Counted from the stretch's first letter, positions 33,001 through 44,257 are shown. The stretch: 64,000 nt of DNA from Eledone cirrhosa (GCA_964016885.1 OZ024743.1:268398001-268462000), one strand, 5' to 3'. Notes: a model not told the origin generated them from the sequence alone. A program made the numbers and translations.

Positions 33001-35092
33001 TTCAACACCAGAAACATCCCCACCACCATCGTCTACTGTACCAACACCAACAGCATCACATTCAACACCAGAAACATCCCCACCACCATCGCCTACTGTA
33101 CCAACACCAACACCATCACATTCAACACCAGAAACATCCCCACCACCATCGCCTACTGTACCAACACCAACACCATCACATTCAACACCAGAAACATCCC
33201 CACCACCATCCCTACAATACCAAACCCAACACCATCACATTCAACACCAGAAACATCCCCACCACCATCGCCTACTGTACCAACACCAACACCATCACAT
33301 TCAACACCAGAAACATCCCCACCACCATCGCCTACTGTACCAACACCAACACCATCACATTCAACACCAGAAACATCCCCACCACCATCCCTACAATACC
33401 AAACCCAACACCATCACATTCAACACCAGAAACATCCCCACCACCATCGCCTACTGTACCAACACCAACACCATCACATTCAACACCAGAAACATCCCCA
33501 CCACCATCGCCTACTGTACCAACACCAACACCATCACATTCAACACCAGAAACATCCCCACCACCATCCCTACAATACCAAACCCAACACCATCACATTC
33601 AACACCAGAAACATCCCCACCACCATCCCTACAATACCAAACCCAACACCATCACATTCAACACCAGAAACATCCCCACCACCATCGCCTACAATACCAA
33701 CACCAACACCATCACATTCAACACCAGAAACATCCCCACCACCATCGCCTACTGTACCAACACCAACACCATCACATTCAACACCAGAAACATCCCCACC
33801 ACCATCGCCTACTGTACCAAACCCAACACCATCACATTCAACACCAGAAACATCCCCACCACCATCCCTACAATACCAAACCCAACACCATCACATTCAT
33901 CACCAGAAACATCCCCACCACCATCGCCTACTGTACCAACACCAACACCATCACATTCATCACCAGAAACATCCCCACCACCATCGCCTACTGTACCAAA
34001 CCCAACACCATCACATTCAACACCAGAAACATCCCCACCACCATCGCCTACTGTACCAAACCCAACACCATCACATTCATCACCAGAAACATCCCCACCA
34101 CCATCCCTACTGTACCAAACCCAACACCATCACATTCATCACCAGAAACATCCCCACCACCATCCCTACTGTACCAAACCCAACACCATCACATTCATCA
34201 CCAGAAACATCCCCACCACCATCGCCTACTGTACCAACACCAACACCATCACATTCATCACCAGAAACATCCCCACCACCATCGCCTACTGTACCAAACC
34301 CAACACCATCACATTCAACACCAGAAACATCCCCACCACCATCGCCTACAATACCAACACCAACACCATCACATTCAACACCAGAAACATCCCCACCACC
34401 ATCCCTACAATACCAAACCCAACACCATCACATTCATCACCAGAAACATCCCCACCACCATCCCTACTGTACCAAACCCAACACCATCACATTCAACACC
34501 AGAAACATCCCCACCACCATCGCCTACAATACCAACACCAACACCATCACATTCAACACCAGAAACATCCCCACCACCATCCCTACAATACCAAACCCAA
34601 CACCATCACATTCATCACCAGAAACATCCCCACCACCATCGCCTACTGTACCAAACCCAACACCATCACATTCAACACCAGAAACATCCCCACCACCATC
34701 GCCTACAATACCAACACCAACACCATCACATTCAACACCAGAAACATCCCCACCACCATCCCTACAATACCAAACCCAACACCATCACATTCAACACCAG
34801 AAACATCCCCACCACCATCCCTACAATACCAACACCAACACCATCACATTCAACACCAGAAACATCCCCACCACCATCACCTACAATACCAACACCAACA
34901 CCATCACATTCAACACCAGAAACATCCCCACCACCATCCCTACAATACCAACACCAACACCATCACATTCAACACCAGAAACATCCCCACCACCATCCCT
35001 ACAATACCAACACCAACACCATCACATTCAACACCAGAAACATCCCCACCACCATCACCTACTGTACCAACACCAACACCATCACATTCAAC
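1..35092. repeat. Giant tandem minisatellite array (roughly 600 units; consensus 60 bp TACTGTACCAACACCAACACCATCACATTCAACACCAGAAACATCCCCACCACCATCGCC, with 54/58/59-bp variants); runs off the left edge of the window
   Basis: Unit read directly, e.g. lines 301, 361 and 14521-14641 repeat in exact 60-bp register. Variant sites are ATCGCC/ATCCC/ATCCCC/ACCCCC, TGT/AAT, AACACC/AAACCC, AAC/ATC and loss of one ACCAAC. The last unit ends at ~35,092. The unit count is an estimate from length. Confidence 0.99.
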
Positions 35093-35454
35093 GCCACTAC
35101 CAACTCCACCACCACTATCAGATATTTCAGTTGATTCCCTACTCCCACCACAACATCCAAAATTAAACAGCTGTCCACAACCAACATTAACATTACTATA
35201 ATCCTCCACCACCATTTGATCCACTACTACGATCAACATCACTACTACCAGTACTACTTTCACCACCACCACCAACATTACGTCATCATCACCACCGCCA
35301 CCACTATGATCACTTGATCCACACTTACAATCACCGCTTCGAACATTGCCAAAAGGATATCTTATGACGATGTTGAGCGGAGAAGTACGGAAAGTAACGA
35401 TGACCAACGGCCACGCTTCAACATTATAAACTGTGACAGCGAAAGGCTGCACAA

Positions 35455-36660
35455 TTGCTCGTTGCTGTTATTGATGCTGATGCTGCTGTTGTGTTTGTTG
35501 TTGTTGCTGTCGATGCTGCTGTTGTCTTTACTGCTGCTGCTGCTAGAGCTTTTGGTTCTGGTGATGTTACAGAAAAGATTGCGGCGATGAGGACAAAAGA
35601 GACAATGATTGTTGTGGTAGTAGTAGTGGTAGTAGTAGTGGTGGTAGTGGTAGTGGTAGTAGTGGTAGTGGTAGTGGTAGTGGTGTTTGTGGTAGTAGTT
35701 GTGGTGATAGTGGTAGTGGTGTTAGTATTAGTATTAGTAGATGTGATGGTAGTGGTAACAGCTGTGGTGATAGTGGTAGTGGTAGAAGTAGTGGTGGTAG
35801 TAGTAGTGGTGGTAGTAGTGGAAATGGTAGTAGTTATGGTAGTAGTGTTGGTGGTAGTAGTGGTAGTGGTAGAAGTAGTGGTGGTGGTAGTGGTAGAAGT
35901 CGTAGTAGTAGTGTTAGTGGTAGTAGTGGTGGTGGTAGTGGCAGTAGTGGGGGTGGTAGTGTAAATGGTAGTAGTTGTTGTGGTGTTGGCGGTAGTAGTG
36001 GTGATGGTAGTGGTAGTAGTGGTGATGGTGGTGGTGGTAGTGGTAGTAGTGGTGGTGGTGTTGGCGGTAGTAGTGGTGGTGGTAATGGTAGTAGTGGTGG
36101 TGGTGTTGGCGGTAGTAGTTGTGGTGGTAGTGGTAGTAGTGGTGGTGATGGTAGCGGTTGTAGTGGTGGTGGTAGTGGTAGTAGTGGCGGTGATGGTAGC
36201 GGTTGTAGTGGTGGTGGTAGTGGTAGTAGTGGTCTGATGGTAGCGGTTGTAGTGGTGGTGGTAGTGGTAGTGGTGGTGCTGATGGTAGCGGTTGTCGTGG
36301 TGGTGGTTAGTGGTAGTAGTGGTGGTGATGGTAGCGGTTGTAGTGGTGGTGGTTAGTGGTAGTAGTGGTGCTGATGGTAGCGGTTGTCGTGGTGGTGGTT
36401 AGTGGTAGTAGTGGTGGTGATGGTAGCGGTTGTAGTGGTGGTGGTAGTGGTAGTAGTGGTGGCGGTGACAGTCATGACGTTGATTATTGTATTTGTATTG
36501 ATGATGGTGGAGCTGACGTTGATGATGATGATGATGATGATAGTGATGATGATGAGGATGACGATGATGATGATGTGATTGCGATGGCAGTCATGGCTTT
36601 GGTAACGGTGGTGATGTGGTGGGGTAGTGACGGTGTGTTACTGGGAGTATATTCTGTTTC
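35455..36660. repeat. Low-complexity trinucleotide tract (GCT/GTT, then GTA/GTG/GAT) containing a ~45-bp tandem repeat at 36147-36460
   Basis: Read directly; the poly-Val ORFs in the track are by-products. GATGGTAGCGGTTG recurs at 36147, 36192, 36236, 36281, 36327, 36373 and 36419. Confidence 0.95.
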
Positions 36661-36678
36661 GTTGTTAATGTTATATTG

Positions 36679-36712
36679 ACTGTAGTAGTAGCAGCAGCAG
36701 CAGTACTAGTAG

Positions 36713-36777
<65 letters not shown>

Positions 36778-36785
36778 ATAGTAGC

Positions 36786-36832
<47 letters not shown>

Positions 36833-36909
36833 CAGCAGCAGCAGTAGTAGTAATAGCAGCAGCAGAAGCAGCAGTAGTACTAGTAGTAGTAGTAGTAGTA
36901 GTAGTAGTA
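36679..36909. repeat. (GTA)n/(GCA)n microsatellite
   Basis: Read directly. Confidence 0.97.
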
Positions 36910-37332
36910 AGAGAAGAAAGAAAGAAAGTGGTTAGCTGTTATATCAGAACCACCAAGAAGATGTAAAAAAATATATAAGTAAACGAAGAAAAAATACTAC
37001 ACGGACAATAAGAAACCAAAACAAACATGAGCACAACAACAATAACAACAACAATACCTGCTGCTACTACTACTACTACTACTACTTATACTACTACTAC
37101 TACTACTACAGCAAGGAAAGCGACCTCGAATACGATGACTGTACGAGGCCAACCCCTCTCTATCCATCCGTCCATTGCAGGCAACACCACAAAGAGAGCT
37201 ACTGCAACTATCATTACATTGATCACTACACAATGCTGGCTATCGTTGCCTTTGGCATCGGCCAGCCTCCTGGTGTATTTTCGATGACATGTACAACACC
37301 AAAACACACGAGACTCTCCTTCGATTATGTAA

Positions 37333-37509
<177 letters not shown>

Positions 37510-37939
37510 CAAGATGTTCCGGGAAAAGGATAAGCGTGCTCTATGTAATGTACAGAGACAAAATACACTCAACTAAATTCGGCATTAAAGGGAATGAGCT
37601 CAAAGCATAGGTTAATACACTGGTCATCATTCTGTGTTATCAGCGCGTATATATTTAAAAAAATTATAATAACAAAAATTGCTCAGGTTGCATATATAAC
37701 ACAATCAAAACAAATCAAAACAAATATCTACTGATCATTCCGTGATCAGAAAGAATGGGTTCCTTTCTTTGATGATAATCTTACAAAACGTAATTATTTA
37801 CTCATAGAGAGATTAAAGCTTTAACCATCCAGTTTATGTATGTATGTTCTTCTGGTTTTATAATGTTATACATTTTTACTGATAGAGAGTCGGTTTCTAA
37901 CATAGACACAAACCCCTTTCATCGGAATTTAAACATAAA

Positions 37940-38126
37940 CAAGGTAGCTATGTATCGTACTTGTAATTTCATAACTCAAGGTAGCTATGTATCGTACTTG
38001 TAATTTCATAACTCAAGGTAGCTATGTATCGTACTCGTAATTTCATAACTCAAGGTAGCTATGTATCGTACTTGTAATTTCATAACTCAAGGTAGCTATG
38101 GATCGTACTTGTAATTTCATAACTCA
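37940..38126. repeat. 37-bp tandem repeat, 5 copies (CAAGGTAGCTATGTATCGTACTTGTAATTTCATAACT)
   Basis: Units start at 37940, 37977, 38014, 38051 and 38088, with single substitutions in units 3 and 5. Confidence 0.97.
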
Positions 38127-39320
38127 TTGTGTTCTTTCTGGTTCTGTGAAGCCCAGCTTCTCAAGATTTGGACTAAGGCAGTTACTAACATATACCAGTG
38201 TCCCAATAATCACAGGTATAAATGTTACTGTATAGTTGGGGTGGACTATCTGCATATTCCTCATTAGTTCTGCATAGATATTCTCATTTACGCTAACCTT
38301 TAATATTATATTGGTATCTGCTGGGCAGCTAACTTACACTACTGTGTATGCCTTCTTTTTCCTGTCCCATATCTTATCTGTTCTGATATGATTGCATTTT
38401 ATTGGGGTTTGACTGGAACATTCCACCAGTACACTTTCATGCTGTATAAGTGTATGTCTTCCACATTGCTTTAACTTTTAATATGTTGGCTGTCGGAGCT
38501 ATCTTTTCTACGGATTGTACTGTATAGTACTTTGGCCACTACATTATGCCTCATAGGTAGATAGTACCGTGATGACTGCTTTGGGCAGCTGCTTATGATA
38601 TGGGAGACATCTTCGATGTTAACTCTGCAGAGTCTGTCTGTGCCACTGTTCATGTGGATTTTCCAGTGTTGTTTAGGATATTTCGGTTTTTAACATCAAT
38701 TGCTCGTAATTTGTCTTTCGTCCAATCGTGTATTCCAAACGTTGGTGTTAGAACAGGTCCAGCAAACACATTGTGAACCACTGTTTTATTGTGCGCAGAG
38801 ATTTCAGATGACCATATTTTTCTTAATTGGGTGTAATATTCCCTGGTTACGCGTTCCTTGTTACATATACCATTATAGGATATATTCTCCTCTATTTCTA
38901 GGTATCTGTAACAGTCCTCGTCAGATATCGGTGAAACAGTTAGGACATTGATAAAAATGTTGCTAGACTGGCTTGTATTTTTTCCCCGCTTTACAATCAT
39001 ATATGAACTTGGCCAAACTCCATTCGTATATAATTTGAGAATGTTGTAACCAGGTCAAGATTTTTCTTCATCTCTTGGCATAGAGTTTCAGGTTATTCAC
39101 AAAGAAATTATGGATTCGGTTCGTATCTCTGTCCCTCTGTAAGCCAATGATGTATCCTTCACATTTCCTGAGCAGAAAGGACAAGGGGTTTAATGACAGG
39201 ATAAATAATAGCACAGTGAGACTGTCTCCTTGAAATATACCCCTGCGACATTTTATTTTATCAGTGAAAATAGAGTCCTTCTCTGTTTTTAACTTCGGGA
39301 TAGTAGCCCAAGAAGAAGAT
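38127..39320 (-). mobile_element. Degraded non-LTR retrotransposon with C-terminal restriction-like endonuclease (R4/Dong-like clade), 5'-truncated
   Basis: Minus-strand translation gives the RT motif RRGIFQGDSL (~39220-39250), a decayed FVDDLK-like segment, the zinc-finger/RHN block RLCRVNIEDVSHIISSC...RHNVVAKVL (38471-38653) and an RLE-like segment IWDRKKK...SCPADTN. Many stops and frameshifts. Confidence 0.8.
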
Positions 39321-39329
39321 GGGTTCTCA

Positions 39330-40370
39330 CTGCGTCAAGTTTTTTGAGAAATCGTGCGAGTATTGTCATGATGCATATCGTAGACGATTAAAAGGTATAT
39401 GATCGAATTCTCCGGTAACTCTTGTGGAAGGTTTTGCAGGAATATGGGATCCATTGACAGCTTTATTTTCTCTGATTTCTCCATACGAATGCCTTAGTAT
39501 TTATTTTCGAATAAATGATGCTAAATTGAGACCATTGAATATGGGTGTTGAAATCAACCAAGGTTGCATACTGTCACTTCTCCTGTTCATAATATTTATA
39601 GACAGCATTGACATGAACAGGCAGGTTGGGAGTGGAATTTGCGGATAACATGGTACTATCAAACTCGCTAGTAGTTGATATCCTGCATACACTTGATAGG
39701 TTTGCTGTCGAGTGCTGTACGTCAGGAAGGAAAATCTCTGCTGCGAAGACTGAGGCAATTGAACTCCCAATGAACCTGCACAGTACACACTACCTATAAA
39801 TGGAGTTCCTCTGAAGCCAGTGGAGATGTTCAAGTATCTTGCGGCTCGTGTTCATGAGTGATGGGAGGCATGCGACTGAATTATGTTTAATCATTCAGGA
39901 GCAGGTGCAGTGATGCGCTAGCTTCAGTATTCGTTCATCAGGAAGGAGGGAGGTGTAAAAACCAATTACTTTCAATTTGATATTCCTCCAAACTCTTACT
40001 TATGGTTATAAATCTTGTGTAATGACCGTAGAAATACAATCCCGAATAAAAGCGGCCGAAATAGGGTTCCTTCGAAGGTTATTTGGCGTAACATTACTCG
40101 ATAGGGTAAGTAGCTTGGAGATAAACGTGTTACCTCAAGTAGAGCTACTACTTCTTCGAATTGAGAAATCGATTCTATGACCATGTTGATTGAAGGTCTC
40201 TTGAAAGAATCATGGACACATTTTCGGGAAAGAGCCAACTGACAAGAGACCCAGGAGATAAACACTGAGCAAGATGGTTGGATAACATTCACGAGTTCAG
40301 CTAGTTTAGCTTGTTGATCCAGCCAGATCAATTGGAGAGAGTTGCTTGTAGCGGTCCCCGCTGAAATGTA
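39330..40370 (+). mobile_element. Degraded RTE-clade (Rex3/Expander-like) LINE fragment, RT C-terminal half
   Basis: NQGCILSLLLFIIFID (39424-39648) and TLTYGYKSCVMT...SRIKAAEIGFLRR...LLDRV...VELLLLRIEKS (39977-40180) resemble the RTE RT and downstream block. Boundaries are approximate. Confidence 0.8.
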
Positions 40371-40506
40371 TTTATTAGAGAAGATATTTCTGTATATTTA
40401 TATATATATATAAAGTCTATGGTACCTAGACCGAGGAGACTACAAATCAGGGGAGTACCCTATACATGGGAATGAGCAGAGAGCGTATAAAGGAATATAT
40501 TCATAC

Positions 40507-41560
40507 TAGGGTGGCCTTCAGCAATAGGTAATTTTCCGAATGTTAAAATGTTGTTGCTCCCACCCCTAATCCTCTTTCAAATACATGGGGTGTGCAAATT
40601 TTCAACTCAATCGGACAACTGTTAGACGACCCTCAAGCGCCTTGAAATTGGAACATAGTATACGCAACGATTAATTCTGTTCAAAAGCAGTATACTGTTC
40701 CCTATCTCGACCATTTTCTTTTTTCTTCTAAGACAAATTTATGAGGACACAAAACCAGGAAATGTTTAAAAACGTTCTGAATAAAATTTACCAATAGTTG
40801 ATTTGAAAAATTCCTTAGATAACATGAAAAACTTAAGAAATATTAGGTTTTCTTAATAAAGATCACAACTTCTATAAGAGAAACGCATTTTTATTTACAA
40901 CAATAATTTCTATAGAATCAAAAAATAATGTGAATACTGAATATGGGGATTGGCAGTATTGGTAGAGGGTCGGACGCCATGCTTTGCAGCAAAGAGTTAC
41001 GTCCCTTTATGGTCTGAGTTCAAATTCCGCCGAGGTTAACTTTGCCTTTCATCCTTACGGGGTCGATAAAATAAAGTACCAGTAATACACACCATAATTG
41101 CTGGCCTTGTGCCAAATGTAGAAACAATTATTTTTGCATAAGAAAGGATTTAGTGGCTGTCAGGTATGTTTTACGGTTTTCGGTCACGATCTGTAAAAGA
41201 AATTGTTTCTCAGTTTCATCTTTAGAGAGAATGTTATTTTAATCCTGAATGAGTTTGACACATCTTTCTGCAACATCAATCACAACAACTGACTTCTCAA
41301 GTTTTTCAAGTCCACTTTTGTAACCAGGAACATCCTTCCATGTTGAAGGGTCTTTGTCGAGGAAATCGTTGCTGATAGAAAATCTCGTGAAGAAAGTTTT
41401 GTACCAGGAGTTACAAAAGATGAAAACTCGATGCTTGTAAAGGAAGAAATATCCTTTTGGTGCAGAATGTACCGCTTCAGTCCATTTTTTCTCCTTCCTC
41501 TTCTTCACCTTTGTCTGCTTCCAGTATAACTTGAGCAAAATTTGCCTTAACCTCTCCGTA
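40507..41560 (-). mobile_element. hAT-superfamily (hATm-like) DNA transposon remnant: transposase C-terminus plus terminus
   Basis: ORF 41239-41538 ends DPSTW...VVIDVAERCVKLIQD and continues after a break as NNILSKDETEKQFLLQIVTENRK, matching the hATm C-terminal pattern VVND.AERGVKL. TAGGGTG terminal motif at 40507. Interrupted by the SINE. Confidence 0.62.
40945..41132 (+). mobile_element. tRNA-derived SINE (octopus-type), internally deleted
   Basis: A-box-like TGGCAGTATTGG (40951-40962), B-box GAGTTCAAATTCC (41016-41028), body CTTTGCCTTTCATCCTTACGGGGTCGATAAAAT and tail GGCCTTGTGCCAAATGTAGAAACAATTATT. The family is recalled from Octopus genomes. Confidence 0.82.
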
Positions 41561-41670
41561 TTCTCCTTGCTCTCCTTGGTCTCCCTTTCTCCTTGTATCG
41601 ATGTACTTTATATACAAATACAATGAGAAAAGGGGACCAAAACATATGAAAGCAAGGATAGTAAGGAGAG

Positions 41671-41708
<38 letters not shown>

Positions 41709-41766
41709 GTACTCAATACCAAGTATCATTTCTCTCAGCTGTCAACCACATACGGATATAAGTATA

Positions 41767-42050
41767 TTAGGGTGACTCCAAAAATAGATGTTTGGTCTTT
41801 ACCTGCGCTCCATCCCCAGCTTCACAAGTTGCCTTCCCCATTATATTTATTGTCACTCATCCTTATAATATCAAGAATAAGTCTGAACAAGTTTTTAATT
41901 TAAGAGAAGATTATATAGAGATAAAATAGTTTTATCAGAAAAAATGACTTTCTGAGCGAGAATTTCAAAATTTCACGGGCGATGAGGGTCGCCTTGCCAT
42001 TGTTAGCTTGAGCTAAAGTTTTGCATAGTTTGTTGTACAGGCTAAGGAAC
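41767..42050. mobile_element. Possible second hATm-like terminal fragment
   Basis: Starts TTAGGGTG right after a TA-rich site; no coding sequence or partner TIR found. Confidence 0.35.
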
Positions 42051-42051
42051 T

Positions 42052-42107
<56 letters not shown>

Positions 42108-42219
42108 GAACGTGTTTATATTTGGATATATTCCTTTCCAATTGAATAACTCCGATACACTACATGTACATGTGTGTGTGTGTATATATATATATATGTG
42201 TGTGTGTGTGTGAGAGTGT

Positions 42220-42375
42220 ATAGGAAAAGAGTCAGGACTCCGATGGCTGAGCTCTGGCTTTTTTCGACAGCTGAGTCAGACGAGGTCCTGACTCTTTTCC
42301 TATTACCCACTCTACTACCCTAAGTATCGAGTAATCTGTTGCATTATGGTTCTCCTGGTACCTTACCACACCCTC
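42220..42375 (-). repeat. Short interspersed element, left copy (probable PLE-terminus derivative), with internal hairpin 42220-42303
   Basis: Inverted homologue of 42440-42588; perfect 19-bp inverted repeat ATAGGAAAAGAGTCAGGAC (42220-42238) / GTCCTGACTCTTTTCCTAT (42285-42303). Confidence 0.7.
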
Positions 42376-42439
42376 TTTGTTATATATGTATATACATATA
42401 TATATACATACACACGCACAATATATATATAACGAAGGA

Positions 42440-42588
42440 AATGTGGTAAGGAACCAGGTGGACCATAACGCACCAAAGTACTCAATACTTAGGGTAGTAG
42501 AGTGGGTAATAGGAACGAGTAGGACCTCGACGGCTGAGCTCAAGCCGTTTCGACGGCTTGAGCTTAGCCGTCGGGGTCCTACTCGTTC
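42440..42588 (+). repeat. Short interspersed element, right copy, ending in a 36-bp hairpin with TTCG loop
   Basis: Arms 42513-42548 and 42553-42588, loop 42549-42552. Shares the GTGGTAA..ACCAGGTG.ACCATA motif with 59958-59986. Confidence 0.75.
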
Positions 42589-42609
42589 AGAGAGAGAGAG
42601 AGAGAGAGA

Positions 42610-43563
42610 CTAGTCGAATTACCTGCGCCTTGATGCATATTCTTTTGTAAGAAAATGATGATTGATTTTAAATCAGTGATACCATTTATGCATGAAAAAT
42701 TGGAAAACATTATTTTTTGTAATATATCAAATTACATTATGAAATCTTTTTCTTGTTTTGTTTCTTGTAAATGATTTTTTCAAAATATCAATTCAACACT
42801 TGATCATTTCATTTTTGTGTAAAGCATTATTTTTAATTTAGAAATTCAAAGTTTAATTATTTATTTGTTAACATAATAAATATATGAAAATATATTTCAA
42901 GTTTTGTCCTAATGAAGAACTTCGGGGTAAACATTTTCTTGTCTTTCTTTGATTGGCTAAAATGTAGAGGAATTTTTGAATTTCCAGTCCTTGAAACAGC
43001 CACATAAAACATTGGTTTGTCAGATCTATAGTTTTGAAAGTTTGACCATGACTATTATTGATGCTCATGTCAAAACAAGGCCTCACTGGGAACTGCAGCC
43101 TCTTAAATTTAAAAGGCAACTCGTTATTACTTGGTATCAGTGGAATCCTTGGAATGCCTTTATAAGCCCCGAATATAATGGTTGCTTCAATCAAGTTCTC
43201 ATGCAATCTTGTTACAACACATCTTGTACAATTTATTGGCCAACATTTTCAAAATAGGGGTTTAACTCACAGTAGGCTGTCTTAATATTATTGAAATGTG
43301 CTGAAATTCCGTGATTAGGCATCATATCTTGTCATTTACCTATGGTTTAAATTTCATATAAATCGAAGGGAAAGAATTGTCAGCGAGGGTTTGTGCCCCC
43401 GGGGAACCCTTTCATTAAAATGAAATATACTTATCCAAGTACTCTGGGCAATGTAGTTTCAGAATATATATGGTTATGGGGGGTCTATCTCCAAAACCAT
43501 AGGAGGAGTTCGTGAACAAACAAACAAACAAACAGACAGGAACTACAACTTTATATATAGAGA
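42610..43563 (-). mobile_element. Non-autonomous Helitron carrying a PIF1-helicase C-terminal fragment
   Basis: Minus strand 5' end A|TCTCTATATATAAAG...(TTTG)n at 43563; 3' end ...GCGCAGGTAATTCGACTAG|T at 42610, i.e. inserted between A and T with no TSD. ORF 42868-43206 IPRIPLIP...LPFKFKRLQFPVRPCFDMSINNSHGQT matches the Helitron PIF1 helicase C-terminal motifs. Confidence 0.88.
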
Positions 43564-43869
43564 TGTATTTCTGTCCACTGAATTACTTGCAATGCATATT
43601 TTAGGCATTTTCATCCACCTTTTTTATTGTTTCTTATATATATACTATCAAGACATACCTTAATTTATGAATCAGCCCTTATAACTTTTTATAGCCATAT
43701 TCACAGTCATATTTTTGTTCGTTTCTTATTGTTGTTCTTGTTCTAGATGTCTCTCCCGTGAAACAAACTAGGAGAATCCTAACTTTTGTACCATCATCTT
43801 TCGATTCTCACAAATTTTAATTTAGTTGTTTTGTTTTTACTCTTTTTCTTTCTTTAATTTAGCTTATTT

Positions 43870-43872
43870 GCA

Positions 43873-43920
<48 letters not shown>

Positions 43921-43965
43921 TATAAACATATGCATACGTATACACAGACACATGTATACATACAA

Positions 43966-44026
<61 letters not shown>

Positions 44027-44257
44027 AATATATATGTATATATAGAGAGAGAGAGATATGTATGTATATACATTCACACACAGGCACACAGACATATATA
44101 TATATATATGGGGGGGGTGTAGAAAGAGAGAAAGAGAGAGAGAGGGTGAAAGAGAAAGAGATAGATAAATAGACAGATAGATAGACAGATAGATAGACAG
44201 ATATAGATAGATATGTTTCTTTATAGACAGATATCGATAGCGATAGATAGATAGATA
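43870..44257. repeat. Compound (TA)n/(CA)n/(GA)n tract grading into (GATA)n, the left flank of the Tx1 cluster
   Basis: Read directly; (GATA/GACA)n from ~44160 to 44257. Confidence 0.95.

Noticed and set aside
1-35092. CRISPR-like array
   Set aside because: Units are contiguous with no unique spacers, there are no cas genes, and the context is eukaryotic.
29631-35201. 1,856-aa ORF resembling a mucin, extensin or His-rich protein
   Set aside because: Lies wholly within the satellite, starts at a one-off ATC-to-ATG variant, has no signal peptide, and cycles through all three frames at 59-bp units. Not called a CDS without expression data.
37110-37325. Island of complex sequence between microsatellites, a possible exon
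   Set aside because: Open in more than one frame, but no recognisable protein motif or convincing splice-site pair.
40951-41030. tRNA gene (A and B boxes present)
   Set aside because: No cloverleaf, and the boxes run into a SINE body and tail.
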